Shown: one piece after another, positions 40,047 to 50,330 of the stretch | How positions within the stretch are numbered: the stretch's first letter is position 1 | Layout of the letters: each line of letters begins with the position of its first letter | Source of the DNA: an uncultured Chloroflexia bacterium | GTDB taxonomy: Bacteria > Chloroflexota > Anaerolineae > Promineifilales > UBA4811 | Direction of reading: 5' to 3' | Length of the DNA: 64,000 bases | Assembly (NCBI GenBank): GCA_963695825.1 | Contig: CAVOHX010000021.1 | Location: 2,380-66,379 of the forward strand | Program-made: the position numbers and the translations under genes | The notes under the pieces: generated by a model | The model's input: the letters and a program-made list of their open reading frames with translations, nothing else | Told to the model about the DNA's origin: nothing | The model's database searches: none

Positions 40047-40874
40047 CTACCCTTTGAACTTGGAAAGGGCGGCGTGTTTCATCAGGTTGATGATGTGATA
40101 CACCTCCACCATGTCCGCGCCCGTGTAGACCAGGGTTCGCCCATCCACCCACTCGGCGCCCGGGATGTCCGCCCCGACGTAGGCAAACATCGGCTGCATG
40201 AACTCGATCTCCAGGCGGATGGGCGTCTCGAGCGCCCAGGGTTTCATCTCAGGCAAGCGCTCCAGCGCCTGCCGGGCGCCGGCTCGAATGCGCTCTTCCG
40301 ACGCCGCGGGCGTCAGGCACTTGGCGGCCGTGCTGTGGATCGCCCACTTTGTTGTCACGCTCTCGGCCCACGGCAGCAGCTCCCGAACCCGCGCCGCCAG
40401 GGTGTCATCGCCGCAGACCATCGCCACCGGCACCCCAAAATGGCCGGCGATGGCCGCATTGATCTCGGTCTCGCCCAGCGTTAAACCGTTGAGCCGGAGG
40501 GCATAGATGACCCGGCCGAGCATCGTATGAGAGAGCACCCCCCGCGCCGAGCCGGCCATCGAGTGATACCCCACGAACATGGCGGCATCAAAGGTCTCGT
40601 CCAGCCCCTCCATCTGGGACAGGGGACGGGACGGCCCGCGCACCAGCAGGGCCTCCTTGTGCATTTCGTCGGGCAGCAGGTTGCGCATGCTGCCGTGCGA
40701 GTCCGAGACCACCACCTCGGTCGCCCCGGCGTCCAGGGCGCCCAGGACGGCCGCGTTGGCCTCGGCCGTCATCCACTTGCGGGCCATCGGGTATCCGTCG
40801 CCGCCCGGATACGTGTCCTCCACATCGACCACGCAGGCCACACCTTCGATGTCAACTGAAACATAGACCTTCAT
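40047..40874 (-). CDS. dppA: M55 family D-aminopeptidase (Bacillus DppA type)
   Basis: MKVYVSVDIEG, DSHG, FVGYH, SHT, GET and GDD motifs. Confidence 0.92.
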   Translation of the reverse strand: MKVYVSVDIEGVACVVDVEDTYPGGDGYPMARKWMTAEANAAVLGALDAGATEVVVSDSHGSMRNLLPDEMHKEALLVRGPSRPLSQMEGLDETFDAAMFVGYHSMAGSARGVLSHTMLGRVIYALRLNGLTLGETEINAAIAGHFGVPVAMVCGDDTLAARVRELLPWAESVTTKWAIHSTAAKCLTPAASEERIRAGARQALERLPEMKPWALETPIRLEIEFMQPMFAYVGADIPGAEWVDGRTLVYTGADMVEVYHIINLMKHAALSKFKG

Positions 40875-41276
40875 TTCCTCTCTCCTTTCATCCTTTTCAA
40901 CCAGTTGGCTACAGGCAGCAGGGATCCACCATCCTCTTCCCGCTCAGAAGATTCGCCCTGCCAGACTACCGGTGTGAATACCCTGATCGATCACCATCCG
41001 GCCGCCAACCAGGACCTAGAGGACTCTTATCGGGTATTGGTGCGGCGCCTCACAGGTCCCCGTGTCGGCGACCCGGTCGGGATGCAAGGTGCGGTATTCG
41101 CCCCGAGCACGTCCACTCGGATTTCGCACCGCCAACGCTCCTGGCAGCGGCATGTTCACCAAATGGTGTGCCTCGTCGTTGGCGCCGGACCGCATCGTTC
41201 CGCCCCACGGTCGCGCCGCCAACGACTTGAAAAATCGCTGAACGTGCTCGTCGAACGATTGTCCAGACCGTCAGGC

Positions 41277-42104
41277 TCAGATCTTGGCGTGCGAAAGCGC
41301 CGTGTGGATCATGGCGCTAAAGACCCGAAACACCTCCATCAGGTCCGCCCCGGTGTAGGCCAGCGTCCGACCGTCCACCATCTCGACCCCCGGAATCTCG
41401 GCGCCCAGGTAGGCGTGGACCGGGTGCAGGTATTCGAGTTCGAACCGAACCGGCGTCTCCGGGGTCCACGGCCGCATCTCGTCCAGTCGGCCGAGCGCCC
41501 GCGCCGCTGCGGCTCGGATCCGCTTCTGAGAGGCCCTGGGGGTCAGATTCTTGGCCGCCAGCTCGCTGATCGCCCACTTTGTAATCACGCTCTCCGCCCA
41601 CGGCAGAAACTCCCCCACCCGGGCGTGCACCGAGTCGTCGCCGCAGACCAGGGCGACCGGCACGCCAAAATGGCCGGCGAGGGCGGCGCTGATCCCGGTC
41701 TCGCCCAGGGGGACGCCGTTGAGCCGGGCCGCGTACATCATGCCCTTCAGAAAGGTGTGCGGAAAGACGCTCTTGGCCGTCCCCGCCATCCCATGGTAGC
41801 CGACCAAAAAGGCGGCGTCAAAGGTATCGTCCAGCCCCTCCATTTGGGAGAGCGGCCGGGGGGAACCGCGCACCAGCAGCACCTCCTCGTGCAGTTCGTC
41901 GGGCAGCAGGTTGCGCATCGTGTTGTGCGAGTCCGAGACCACCACCTCGGTCGCCCCGGCGTCGAACGCGCCCAGGACGGCCGCGTTGGTCTCGGCCGTC
42001 ATCCACCTGCGCGCCAGTTGGTACCCCTCTCCCTCGGGCACCAGGTCCTCCCGATGCGTCACGCACGCCACCCCTTCCATATCCACCGAAATATAGACCT
42101 TCAT
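41277..42104 (-). CDS. dppA: M55 family D-aminopeptidase, paralog 2
   Basis: MKVYISVDMEG, DSHN, LVGYH, PHT, GET and GDD motifs. Confidence 0.92.
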   Translation of the reverse strand: MKVYISVDMEGVACVTHREDLVPEGEGYQLARRWMTAETNAAVLGAFDAGATEVVVSDSHNTMRNLLPDELHEEVLLVRGSPRPLSQMEGLDDTFDAAFLVGYHGMAGTAKSVFPHTFLKGMMYAARLNGVPLGETGISAALAGHFGVPVALVCGDDSVHARVGEFLPWAESVITKWAISELAAKNLTPRASQKRIRAAAARALGRLDEMRPWTPETPVRFELEYLHPVHAYLGAEIPGVEMVDGRTLAYTGADLMEVFRVFSAMIHTALSHAKI

Positions 42105-42193
42105 CGTTGCTCCTTTCCTGAATCGCGACGCCTAGTGTAGCACAGGTCGGCGCCGCCGACGCCGCCGCGGCGAAAATTTAAGGTATAATCTTG

Positions 42194-42280
42194 TTGACAG
42201 TCAACGCGACTACAAATATACTATCATTATACTTGAACGCGCACAATCGTATTATTCAAGCACTACACGTGGTGCTTGAA
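42194..42280 (+). promoter_or_regulatory. sigma70 promoter with overlapping palindrome and downstream hairpin; divergent control region
   Basis: TTGACA (42194)-N17-TATACT (42217). Palindrome GTTGAC-A-GTCAAC gives a -35 on both strands. Inverted repeat TTCAAGCAC..GTGCTTGAA at 42255-42280. Confidence 0.7.
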
Positions 42281-42421
42281 ATCCGTTGAGCGCTCCCTGC
42301 ATCAAAGGCACGTGCACGAGGTCTCCGCTAACCGTGCCAAAGGAGGTGCCCACTGGTCAAGTGATGGTCTATCTCTCCACAGTCCGCGATCCATTTAGCA
42401 TCCCATCCAAGGAGGAAGAAC

Positions 42422-44143
42422 ATGAAAAAGCTGAACCTAGTTCTTGCGCTGGTGCTCCTCGTGCCCCTGTTGGTAGGTTGTACCACCCCGGAGGCCGAGG
42501 TCATCGAAAAGGTGGTGACCCAGGTGGTCACCGAAAAAGTTATCGAGACGGTGGTCGTCGAAGGCACGCCACAGGTGGTGGAGCGAGAGGTCACGCGGGT
42601 GGTCGAGGTGGAAAAGGTTGTCGAGCCGACCGCAGCCCCGGCCGAGCCCAAGATCCTCCGCGTCGGCGCCAACCTCGACCAGTACACCCTAGATCCCGAC
42701 AACCCCACCCAGACGACGGTCGCCGGACACTATAACAACGCCAACGTGTTCGACAATCTGACCCGTCTTGACGAGAACTACGAACTGGCGCCGTGGCTCG
42801 CCACATCGTGGGAGTACGACATGGAGCGCGGTGTCTGGATCTTCCAACTGCGCGACGACGTGTACTATCACGACGGGGTCAAGTTCACCGCCGAGACGGC
42901 GGCCGAGTATATCAACTTCCTCAGCACTGGCAGCACGCGGGCCACCCTCATGCAGATCGAGGAGGGGGCGGCGTCCGCCCCCGACGAGCTCACCCTGGAG
43001 ATCAAGAGCGACAACCTATCGCTGCCCGGGGTGCTGGCCCACAATACCTTGGGTATTCGAAGGGGCGACCCGTTCGCCGGCGAGCACATTGGCACCGGAC
43101 CCTTTATCTTTGTCGAGTACGTGCCCCAGGACCACATCACGGTGACAAAGAACCCCGACTATTGGGCCGGGGAGGTGATGGTGGATGGGATGGAGATGCG
43201 CTTCATGCCTGACCCGATCACCCGGTTGCTGGCTCTCCAGGCGGGCGAGGTAGACGTGATCTTTAACCCGCCCGTTGGCGCGATGGCCTCCGCTCTTCAA
43301 GAGCGGGAGGATATCACCGTCTACGGCACCATCCCCGCCACCTGGCTGCTGCTCAACATTGTGCAGAACGGCGCCGAGCCCTACACCATCCTCCAGGACA
43401 TCACGGTGCGGGAGGCGCTGGGTTACGCGATCGACCGGCAGGCGCTCGCCGACACCGCCTGGGGCGGGTATGCCGACACGGGGCAGACCTGGGTCGCCGC
43501 GCCGTTGCTGGGTGAGTATGCGGACCTGGTCGAAGGGTACACCTACGATCCCGAGAAGGCCATGGCGCTGCTAGAAGAAGCAGGGTGGACCGACTCTGAC
43601 GAGGACGGAATCCGCGACAAAGACGGCCGCCGGTTGAACCTGCGGGTGATCCACCAGTATCCCGCCTCTTCCGAGAACGGGCAGGTGCCCCAAATCCTCA
43701 AAGAGCAACTCAAGCAGGTCGGGGTGGATCTGGAGATCGTCACCCTATCCGACTATGCCAGCATGTTCGGTTACTTTAGCTCCAAAGAGATGGACATGGT
43801 CCTGGAGAATTGGACCAACGGAACGCCGTCGCCGTGCTACATCATGCGCTACGTGTTCTACTACTCTGACAACCCCAACTCGTGGCAATCGTGGGTCTCG
43901 CCGGTCATCATCGGCTACGACGAGATCCTGGAGGAGCTCGACAACTGCACCAACTCTGTCGAGTACGCGGACGCCCAGATGTGGGCCGCCGAAACCGCCC
44001 ACACAGTGGTGGACGAATCCCGGGTCTCCATCCCGCTGCTCGCCACCTACCAGTTCTGGGCTTCGGGTCCCCGCGTCAAGGCCATGACCCCCCATCCCGT
44101 CTTTGGCTTTGTGAGATGGGAGCTGATCGAGCTGGGTGACTGA
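42422..44143 (+). CDS. peptide ABC substrate-binding lipoprotein (family 5), module 1
   Basis: Lipobox LVGC, Val/Glu-rich linker, PWLATSWE, IGTGPF and KNPDYW. Confidence 0.92.
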   Translation: MKKLNLVLALVLLVPLLVGCTTPEAEVIEKVVTQVVTEKVIETVVVEGTPQVVEREVTRVVEVEKVVEPTAAPAEPKILRVGANLDQYTLDPDNPTQTTVAGHYNNANVFDNLTRLDENYELAPWLATSWEYDMERGVWIFQLRDDVYYHDGVKFTAETAAEYINFLSTGSTRATLMQIEEGAASAPDELTLEIKSDNLSLPGVLAHNTLGIRRGDPFAGEHIGTGPFIFVEYVPQDHITVTKNPDYWAGEVMVDGMEMRFMPDPITRLLALQAGEVDVIFNPPVGAMASALQEREDITVYGTIPATWLLLNIVQNGAEPYTILQDITVREALGYAIDRQALADTAWGGYADTGQTWVAAPLLGEYADLVEGYTYDPEKAMALLEEAGWTDSDEDGIRDKDGRRLNLRVIHQYPASSENGQVPQILKEQLKQVGVDLEIVTLSDYASMFGYFSSKEMDMVLENWTNGTPSPCYIMRYVFYYSDNPNSWQSWVSPVIIGYDEILEELDNCTNSVEYADAQMWAAETAHTVVDESRVSIPLLATYQFWASGPRVKAMTPHPVFGFVRWELIELGD

Positions 44144-44175
44144 CGACGCCGGCCGCACGGCCGCGTCCCGAATCC

Positions 44176-44213
44176 GGATCATGGCGGCGCCGCCAGTGGC
44201 GCCGCCATGATCC
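44176..44213 (+). terminator. hairpin after the substrate-binding gene
   Basis: GGATCATGGCGGCGCC-GCCAGT-GGCGCCGCCATGATCC, a 16-bp stem with no U-tract. Confidence 0.55.
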
Positions 44214-44290
44214 ATCCAGAGACCTGGAAGGCCGGTTCCATGAGCAGGGTGATGGTCCTGTCAGCATCTGGTTGACGCGGTGATGCTTCC

Positions 44291-45331
44291 ATGAGCGATC
44301 CAGAGGATTCTCCCCGGCAGAACATTTCGTTCCGCAGTGGTCAAGAGACCCTGGTCGGAGACTTGATACTGCCCGAAACAGCGGGCCCGCACCCGGCCGT
44401 CCTGTATGTTGAGGGAAGCGGCCAAAGGGACCGATATGGCGACGACATCAAACCATCGGGAGAGGTGATAGGGATGGGTCGCACACGGTTCCTGTCAGGG
44501 CACTTGGCGCATGCGGGAATCGCCACCTTTGTGTGGGACAAGCGGGGCGTGGGGCAAAGCACGGGAGGGGATCGAAATCCTGGCGATCCGCCCGGGTACC
44601 GCGACCAACACGCGGATGTTTTCACTGACGTTCAGGGCGCCGAAAGCGCGCTGGCAACCCTGGCCGAGAGGCCCGAGATTGATGCGGATCGAATCGCGGT
44701 CATGGGCCATAGTGCTGGGGTGTATCACTCTTGCCTGTTGGCCGAACGCACCAATCTGCCGGCCGCATACATCTTTTCGGGTGGCGTTTGCAGTCGGCAT
44801 GATCGTTTCATCGCTCACATGCTGGAAGTGACCCGCCAGTGTGTGTCCCGGCAGGACGATTTCCGTGCCTGGATGACACGGGTGGCTCCCTACAACTACT
44901 GGTACGAGCATCATTGGCCGGAGATACAGGAAGCTATCCGAAATGGTCAGGATGTTTTTGAGCGGGAGCACGATGACTTTACTTTTCGGCTGTATCTCAG
45001 ACGGTTGAGGCAAGAACTCTCGCTTCCTCGTGACCAGCAATTTCGACACGTGCAAGTGCCAGTGTTGATCGTGCACGGCGAATACGATCTATGGGTCCCA
45101 CCGACCAATGCGACCATGATGGCAGAACTGCTAGGTAACGCCGGCAACGATGAGGTGACGGTAATCATTGTCCCCCGTACGGGCCATGGCTGGCGATGTT
45201 ACCCAGAGGCGCAAAGCATGGTCGAGATCAATCGAGACATCCTGACCCACGGGAACCTAAGGCATCCCCTTTCCAGATTCCTCATTCATTCCGTGGTCGG
45301 ATGGCTGGTCGATAGGTTTCAGATGAGCTAG
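44291..45331 (+). CDS. alpha/beta hydrolase (serine peptidase/esterase-like)
   Basis: GSG, WDKRGVGQS, nucleophile GHSAG, HGEYDLWV and TGH triad motifs. Confidence 0.88.
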   Translation: MSDPEDSPRQNISFRSGQETLVGDLILPETAGPHPAVLYVEGSGQRDRYGDDIKPSGEVIGMGRTRFLSGHLAHAGIATFVWDKRGVGQSTGGDRNPGDPPGYRDQHADVFTDVQGAESALATLAERPEIDADRIAVMGHSAGVYHSCLLAERTNLPAAYIFSGGVCSRHDRFIAHMLEVTRQCVSRQDDFRAWMTRVAPYNYWYEHHWPEIQEAIRNGQDVFEREHDDFTFRLYLRRLRQELSLPRDQQFRHVQVPVLIVHGEYDLWVPPTNATMMAELLGNAGNDEVTVIIVPRTGHGWRCYPEAQSMVEINRDILTHGNLRHPLSRFLIHSVVGWLVDRFQMS

Positions 45332-45351
45332 TGGGGTAGAGAAAGGAGTCA

Positions 45352-45840
45352 GTGTCCATGTCGAAACTTGTCTGGCGAGACCTTCGCGAGATCGAGGGCG
45401 TGCAGCATTGTCACGGTTCGGATTGCGACGAATACTATTACCGGCCGCTGGTCTATGGCGATAACCTGTTCACCTACGTCGCCCACATTCCCCCCGGCGG
45501 AGGGTTTCCCGGCGACCAGGGCGAGTCCGAGATGTTCGAGACGTCGCTCTATATCCTTGCCGGGGAGGTGGTAGTGACCGTGGGCCACGGGACCACACCC
45601 GACTCTTGTGACGAGCAATTCGTCTTGCGGCCCCACATGGCGATGCACCGCCCCAAGGGGCTCGCCTGCGGCATGTGGAACCGGGGCGACGTCCCTGTCA
45701 GCCTGGTTCTCTCCTTTTCGCCGCCTCCTGCGGGACCCAAGAACCCGCGCGAGATGCGCGAACTCGTCGAAAAGCGAGGTAGGAGCGTCGAGCCGCCGGC
45801 CGAGATGAACGCCATGGCAGGTTCGCTGCTTGGGGACTGA
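45352..45840 (+). CDS. cupin-fold protein (single domain)
   Basis: YVAHIPPGGG...ETSLYILAGEV...HRPKG...WNRGD cupin pattern. Confidence 0.75.
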   Translation: MSMSKLVWRDLREIEGVQHCHGSDCDEYYYRPLVYGDNLFTYVAHIPPGGGFPGDQGESEMFETSLYILAGEVVVTVGHGTTPDSCDEQFVLRPHMAMHRPKGLACGMWNRGDVPVSLVLSFSPPPAGPKNPREMRELVEKRGRSVEPPAEMNAMAGSLLGD

Positions 45841-45978
45841 CGGCGGCTCGGCGTCGGTGGGACCCCTTTCCGTGGGCGTTTGCGGCCCGCGAGGCAGCGC
45901 GCCGGCTCGGACCCCCCTGCCCGCCGTCGCCGTGACCCCGTACCCCTTGACCAGCGACCGTCAACAGGAGAGGATACG

Positions 45979-46932
45979 TTGCTTGCCTTTTTCCTTCGTC
46001 GAGTGATCTCTCTCATCCCGGTGCTGTTTGGCATCACTTTGATGGCCTTTATCATGGGCGGCCTTGCCCCTGGCGACCCGGTCATTCAGATTTTCATGAC
46101 CCGCTCTATCGAGCCGCCCTCGGCCGAACAAGTGCAAGAACTCCGCGAGGAGCTGGGTCTCGACGATCCGGCGCCGGTCCGCTATCTCCGCTGGGTCGCA
46201 GGCGCTCTGCAGGGCGATTTGGGATCCTCCTATCGCACGGGGACTCCGGTGGCCCAGGAGATCGTCACCTTTTTTCCCATGACCTTGCGACTGGCGGTGA
46301 TCGGACTGGTGGTGGGAGCTCTGTTGGCCTTGCCTCTGGGGGTGATTGCCGCCGTCTACCACAACAGCGTCGCCGACGTGGTGCTCCGCATCTTGAGCAT
46401 GGTGGGCGCCGCCATGCCCTCGTTTTGGGTGGGCTATCTCTTTATTCTGTTCTTTGCTGTCAAGCACCGCATTCTCCCGGTCGCAGGGGTGGGCACCTGG
46501 CAACACTATGTGCTGCCGTCGGCGGTGATCAGCATCCGAGCGGCCGCCAGTATCAGCCGCCTCCTGCGCACCTCTCTGCTGGAGGTGTTGCACACGGACT
46601 ATGTCCGCGCCGCTCGCGCTCGCGGGATTAGAACGTGGACGGTGATCTTGGTGCATGCCCTGCGCAACGCGCTCATACCGGTGGTCACCTACATGGGCAA
46701 CCTCTTTGGCTACCTGGTGGCAGGGACCGTCGTCCTGGAGACCGTGTTCGCCATCCCCGGCCTGGGGAGGCTGATCACCTCAGCCATCTCCTTTCGGGAT
46801 TATCCGGTCATCCAGGGCTTTGTCGTCTTTACCGGGACGCTCTTTATTCTCGTGAATCTTGGCGTCGATTTCTTGTATATGATCATCGACCCGCGCGTAC
46901 AACTCACGGGCCGGGGAGACGCACGTGGTTAG
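45979..46932 (+). CDS. peptide/nickel ABC permease B, module 1
   Basis: TTG start after AGGAGAGG. APGDP, LGLDDP, GDLGSSY, DYVRAARARG and RDYPVIQG. Confidence 0.9.
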   Translation: MLAFFLRRVISLIPVLFGITLMAFIMGGLAPGDPVIQIFMTRSIEPPSAEQVQELREELGLDDPAPVRYLRWVAGALQGDLGSSYRTGTPVAQEIVTFFPMTLRLAVIGLVVGALLALPLGVIAAVYHNSVADVVLRILSMVGAAMPSFWVGYLFILFFAVKHRILPVAGVGTWQHYVLPSAVISIRAAASISRLLRTSLLEVLHTDYVRAARARGIRTWTVILVHALRNALIPVVTYMGNLFGYLVAGTVVLETVFAIPGLGRLITSAISFRDYPVIQGFVVFTGTLFILVNLGVDFLYMIIDPRVQLTGRGDARG

Positions 46933-47849
46933 CCGCGAACCGAGGGGCCCGGCGGTCACTCTGGAAGAGGCCACCTTCCAGACTGTTTCGCTGGTCGATC
47001 CGGGCCGCCTGGGCGCGCTCCGGCGTTTCTGGCGGCGGCTGCTCCGCAACCGCTCGGCCGTCATTGGCCTGGCGATCGTGGCGTTGGTGACCATCATGGC
47101 CGTGGGTGCGCCGCTGTTCGCGCCCCACGACCCCGACGACCAGTTCCCCACACAACGGCTGGCTCCCCCCAGCCGGGAGTTCCTCCTGGGTACCGACAAC
47201 TTGGGTCGGGACAACCTGAGCCGCGTGATCTATGGCGCGCGGCCGTCGATCGGCTCGGCCGCGCTGGCGACCGTTTTTATCCTCGCCATCGGGATCACCA
47301 TCGGGGCCTGGGCGGGATACATCGGGGGCATCGTGGACGACATCGCCATGCGAGTTGTGGACGTCTTTCTCGCCTTTCCCTCGCTGATCCTCGCGCTGGC
47401 GATTGTGGGTGTGCTGGGTCCCGGGTTGGTAAACACGCTAATCGCCGTCACCCTCGTGGTGTGGGCCAGCTATGCTCGCCTGGTGCGTGGCATCGTGCTC
47501 GAGCTGCGCGAGCTGGCCGTTCGTTCACGCCGCCATCGCCCTGGGCGCTCGCCGCACCACCATCATCATCCGGCACATCCTGCCCAACATTCTCTCTCCG
47601 GTGATCGTGCTGGCCTCCCTTCAGATGGGGTACGTCGTCCTCACCATCGCCGGGCTGAGCTTCCTGGGGCTGGGCATTGAGCAGCCGACCGCCGAATGGG
47701 GCTCGATGCTCAACGCCGGTAGCAGCTTTTTCCAGTTGGCGCCGCAACTCATGGTCTATCCCGGGGTGATGATCAGTTTGACTGTCCTGGGCTTTAACCT
47801 GCTCGGAGACGGGCTGAGGGATCTCTTTGACCCGCGGCAGACCCAGTAG
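46925..47849 (+). CDS. peptide/nickel ABC permease C, module 1; frameshift ~47515
   Basis: LLGTDNLGRD, HILPN and LSFLGLG...EWG. Confidence 0.88.
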
Positions 47850-47901
47850 GCCGAGTGGGCCAGAACCATGATTCATGATGATCAACGAGCGGGAACGGCC
47901 G

Positions 47902-49373
47902 ATGAGTGACGACAGGCCCAACATCCTCTTCATCATGTCCGACGACCACGCGTCGCACGCCATGAGCTGCTACGGCAGCCGGATCAACCGGACGCCCAAC
48001 CTGGACCGCATCGCCGACGGCGGCATGCGGTTCGACAACTGCTTCTGCACCAACTCGATCTGCACGCCCAGCCGGGCCGCCATCCTGACCGGCACCTACA
48101 ACCACGTGAACGGGGTCACGACGCTGGCCACGCCGATGGACAACCGGTTGCTGACCTTCCCCAAGCTGCTCCAGGAGAGCGGCTACCAGACCGCGATCTT
48201 CGGCAAGTGGCATCTGGGCACCGGCCCCGATCACTGCCCGACCGGCTTCGACGACTGGGCCGTGCTGCCCGGCCAGGGCCGCTACCACAATCCCGAGTTC
48301 ATCTTCAAGGGCCCGGACGGCGGCGACCGGCGAACCGTCCGCGGCTACGTCACCGACCTGATCACCGACATGAGCCTCGACTGGCTGCGAGGAGCGGGAC
48401 CCGGACCGGCCCTTCTGCCTGCTCTGCCACCACAAGGCGCCCCACCGCCCCTGGTATCCGGACGAGAAGCACGCGCACCTGTTCCTCAACGAGGACATCC
48501 CCGAGCCGGAGACGCTCTACGACGACTACCAGAACCGCGCCTCGGCCGCGGCCGCGGCCGAGATGCGGGTCGGCGTCCACATGAACCGGACCGATCTGAA
48601 GTGCGAGATCCCTGAGGACCTGCCCGAGACGGAGCTGCGCAAGTGGGCCTACCAGCGCTACATCAAGGACTACCTGCGCGTCGGTCGCCAGCATCGACGA
48701 CAACGTCGGCCGCGCTGCTCGACTACCTGGACGACGAGGGGCTGGACCGAGAACACGCTCGTCATCTACACCTCGGACCAGGGCTTCTTCCTCGGCGACC
48801 ACGGCTGGTACGACAAGCGGTTCATGTACGAGGAGTCGCTGCGCATGCCGTTCATCCTGCGCTACCCGCGGGAGGTGGCGCCCGGCTCGGTCAACGACGA
48901 CATGGTGCTCAACGTCGATTTCGCCCCGCTCTTTCTCGACCTGGCCGGACGTCCCGATCCCCGCGGACATGCAGGGCCGCAGCTTCCGCCCGCTCCTGCA
49001 GGGGCGAGACCCCGGCCGACTGGCGCCAGGTCGATGTACTACCGCTACTGGATGCACAAGGCGCACCACAACGTCTATGCCCACTACGGCGTCCGCACGC
49101 GCCGGTACAAGCTGATCTACTACTACTCCGACGCGCTCGGGCAGCCGGGCGCGATCGACGAGACCTGTCGAACCCGAGTGGGAGCTGTTCGACCTGCACC
49201 AGGACCCCTACGAATTGCACAATGTCTACGACGACCCGGCCTACACGGCCGTGCGGGAGGCATTGAGGTGGGAACTGCACCAGCTTCAGGCCGAACTGGG
49301 TGACGAGCGCTATCCGCCGGGCAACGGTGACCCACCCGACCCGACCGGCGCACTGTTGGAACCGGAATTTTAA
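47902..49373 (+). CDS. sulfatase (formylglycine type); several frameshifts
   Basis: [53 protein letters not shown] and ELFDL..DPYELHN. Confidence 0.85.
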
Positions 49374-49384
49374 GAACGATTGAG

Positions 49385-49416
49385 ATGACATTATCCGCGA
49401 CTTGTAGTATACTACA
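49385..49416 (+). promoter_or_regulatory. promoter with palindromic operator upstream of gntR
   Basis: ATGACA-N17-TATACT. The perfect 14-bp palindrome TGTAGTATACTACA (49403-49416) covers the -10 box. Confidence 0.6.
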
Positions 49417-49439
49417 CGTATTCTCTTGGAGGTGTTAGG

Positions 49440-50111
49440 ATGATGAGGAGTCTGAACATGCCCAGTCTCACGATCAATCACGCCTCGCATTCCGATGCCG
49501 AGAAAGCGTATCAACTCATCAAGGGAAAGATCATCTCCCTCGAGTTGCCGCCTGGCCTGCCAATCAATCAACAGGTGTTGATGGAAGAGTTGGGCGTGAG
49601 CCGCACCCCGGTGCGCGAGGCGCTCAAGCGATTGGAGAACGAGTGTTTGGTGGTGGCGATTCACCGGCGGGGCATGTCGGTAGCCGAGATCGCCTTGAAC
49701 GACCTGCGGCATGTCTATGAAATCCGCGTCGAGATGGAAAGCGCCTGCGCCCGGCTCGCGGCCGAGCGCGCCAGCCGAGCTCAACTCGAGCAGATTGACC
49801 AGCTTCTGACTCAACTGATGAACACCGACCCTCATGATCGGCGCATGGTCGCCGAGTGCGAACGCCAATTGCACTATTTGATCGCCGAGTGCTGCCACAG
49901 CCGGTTCCTGACCAAAGAGGTCCAGCACTACTATGCCATGGCGCTGCGCATCTGGTACTTTTTAATTGATCGCTTGCCCCCGGGCAGCGAGGACTATGCC
50001 GGGCACAAAAAGGTCGTGGAAGCCATCCGGAATCGAGACCCCTCCCTGGCGGAGCAACTCATGCGCGCCCACGTCAAGGAGGTCTTTGAGACCGTCAAGG
50101 TGCATTTGTGA
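49440..50111 (+). CDS. GntR-family transcriptional regulator (FCD domain)
   Basis: AYQLIKGKII...LPPG...LGVSRTPVREALKRLE. Confidence 0.92.
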   Translation: MMRSLNMPSLTINHASHSDAEKAYQLIKGKIISLELPPGLPINQQVLMEELGVSRTPVREALKRLENECLVVAIHRRGMSVAEIALNDLRHVYEIRVEMESACARLAAERASRAQLEQIDQLLTQLMNTDPHDRRMVAECERQLHYLIAECCHSRFLTKEVQHYYAMALRIWYFLIDRLPPGSEDYAGHKKVVEAIRNRDPSLAEQLMRAHVKEVFETVKVHL

Positions 50112-50330
50112 CGGCGACTCCCCGCCCCAGGCTGTTCCCCCACACACCTGGACGGGCAGATTTTGAATGCCAGCGTCAAGCCTGGCGCACCTGGAGACTC
50201 GATCCAGAGTCGAGTTGAATCGTCCATCACATTCGTTCGCGATGAGGAGGTGATGCGTTCTTTCAAAACAATGTTAGGTGTTTGACCAAAAGTTCAGTCG
50301 ATCGATCAACTCAAGATAGGAGAAGTATTG

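Noticed and set aside
40880-41270. Structured ncRNA or riboswitch between the two dppA genes
   Set aside because: No recognisable riboswitch consensus or convincing ORF. It cannot be supported without a covariance search.
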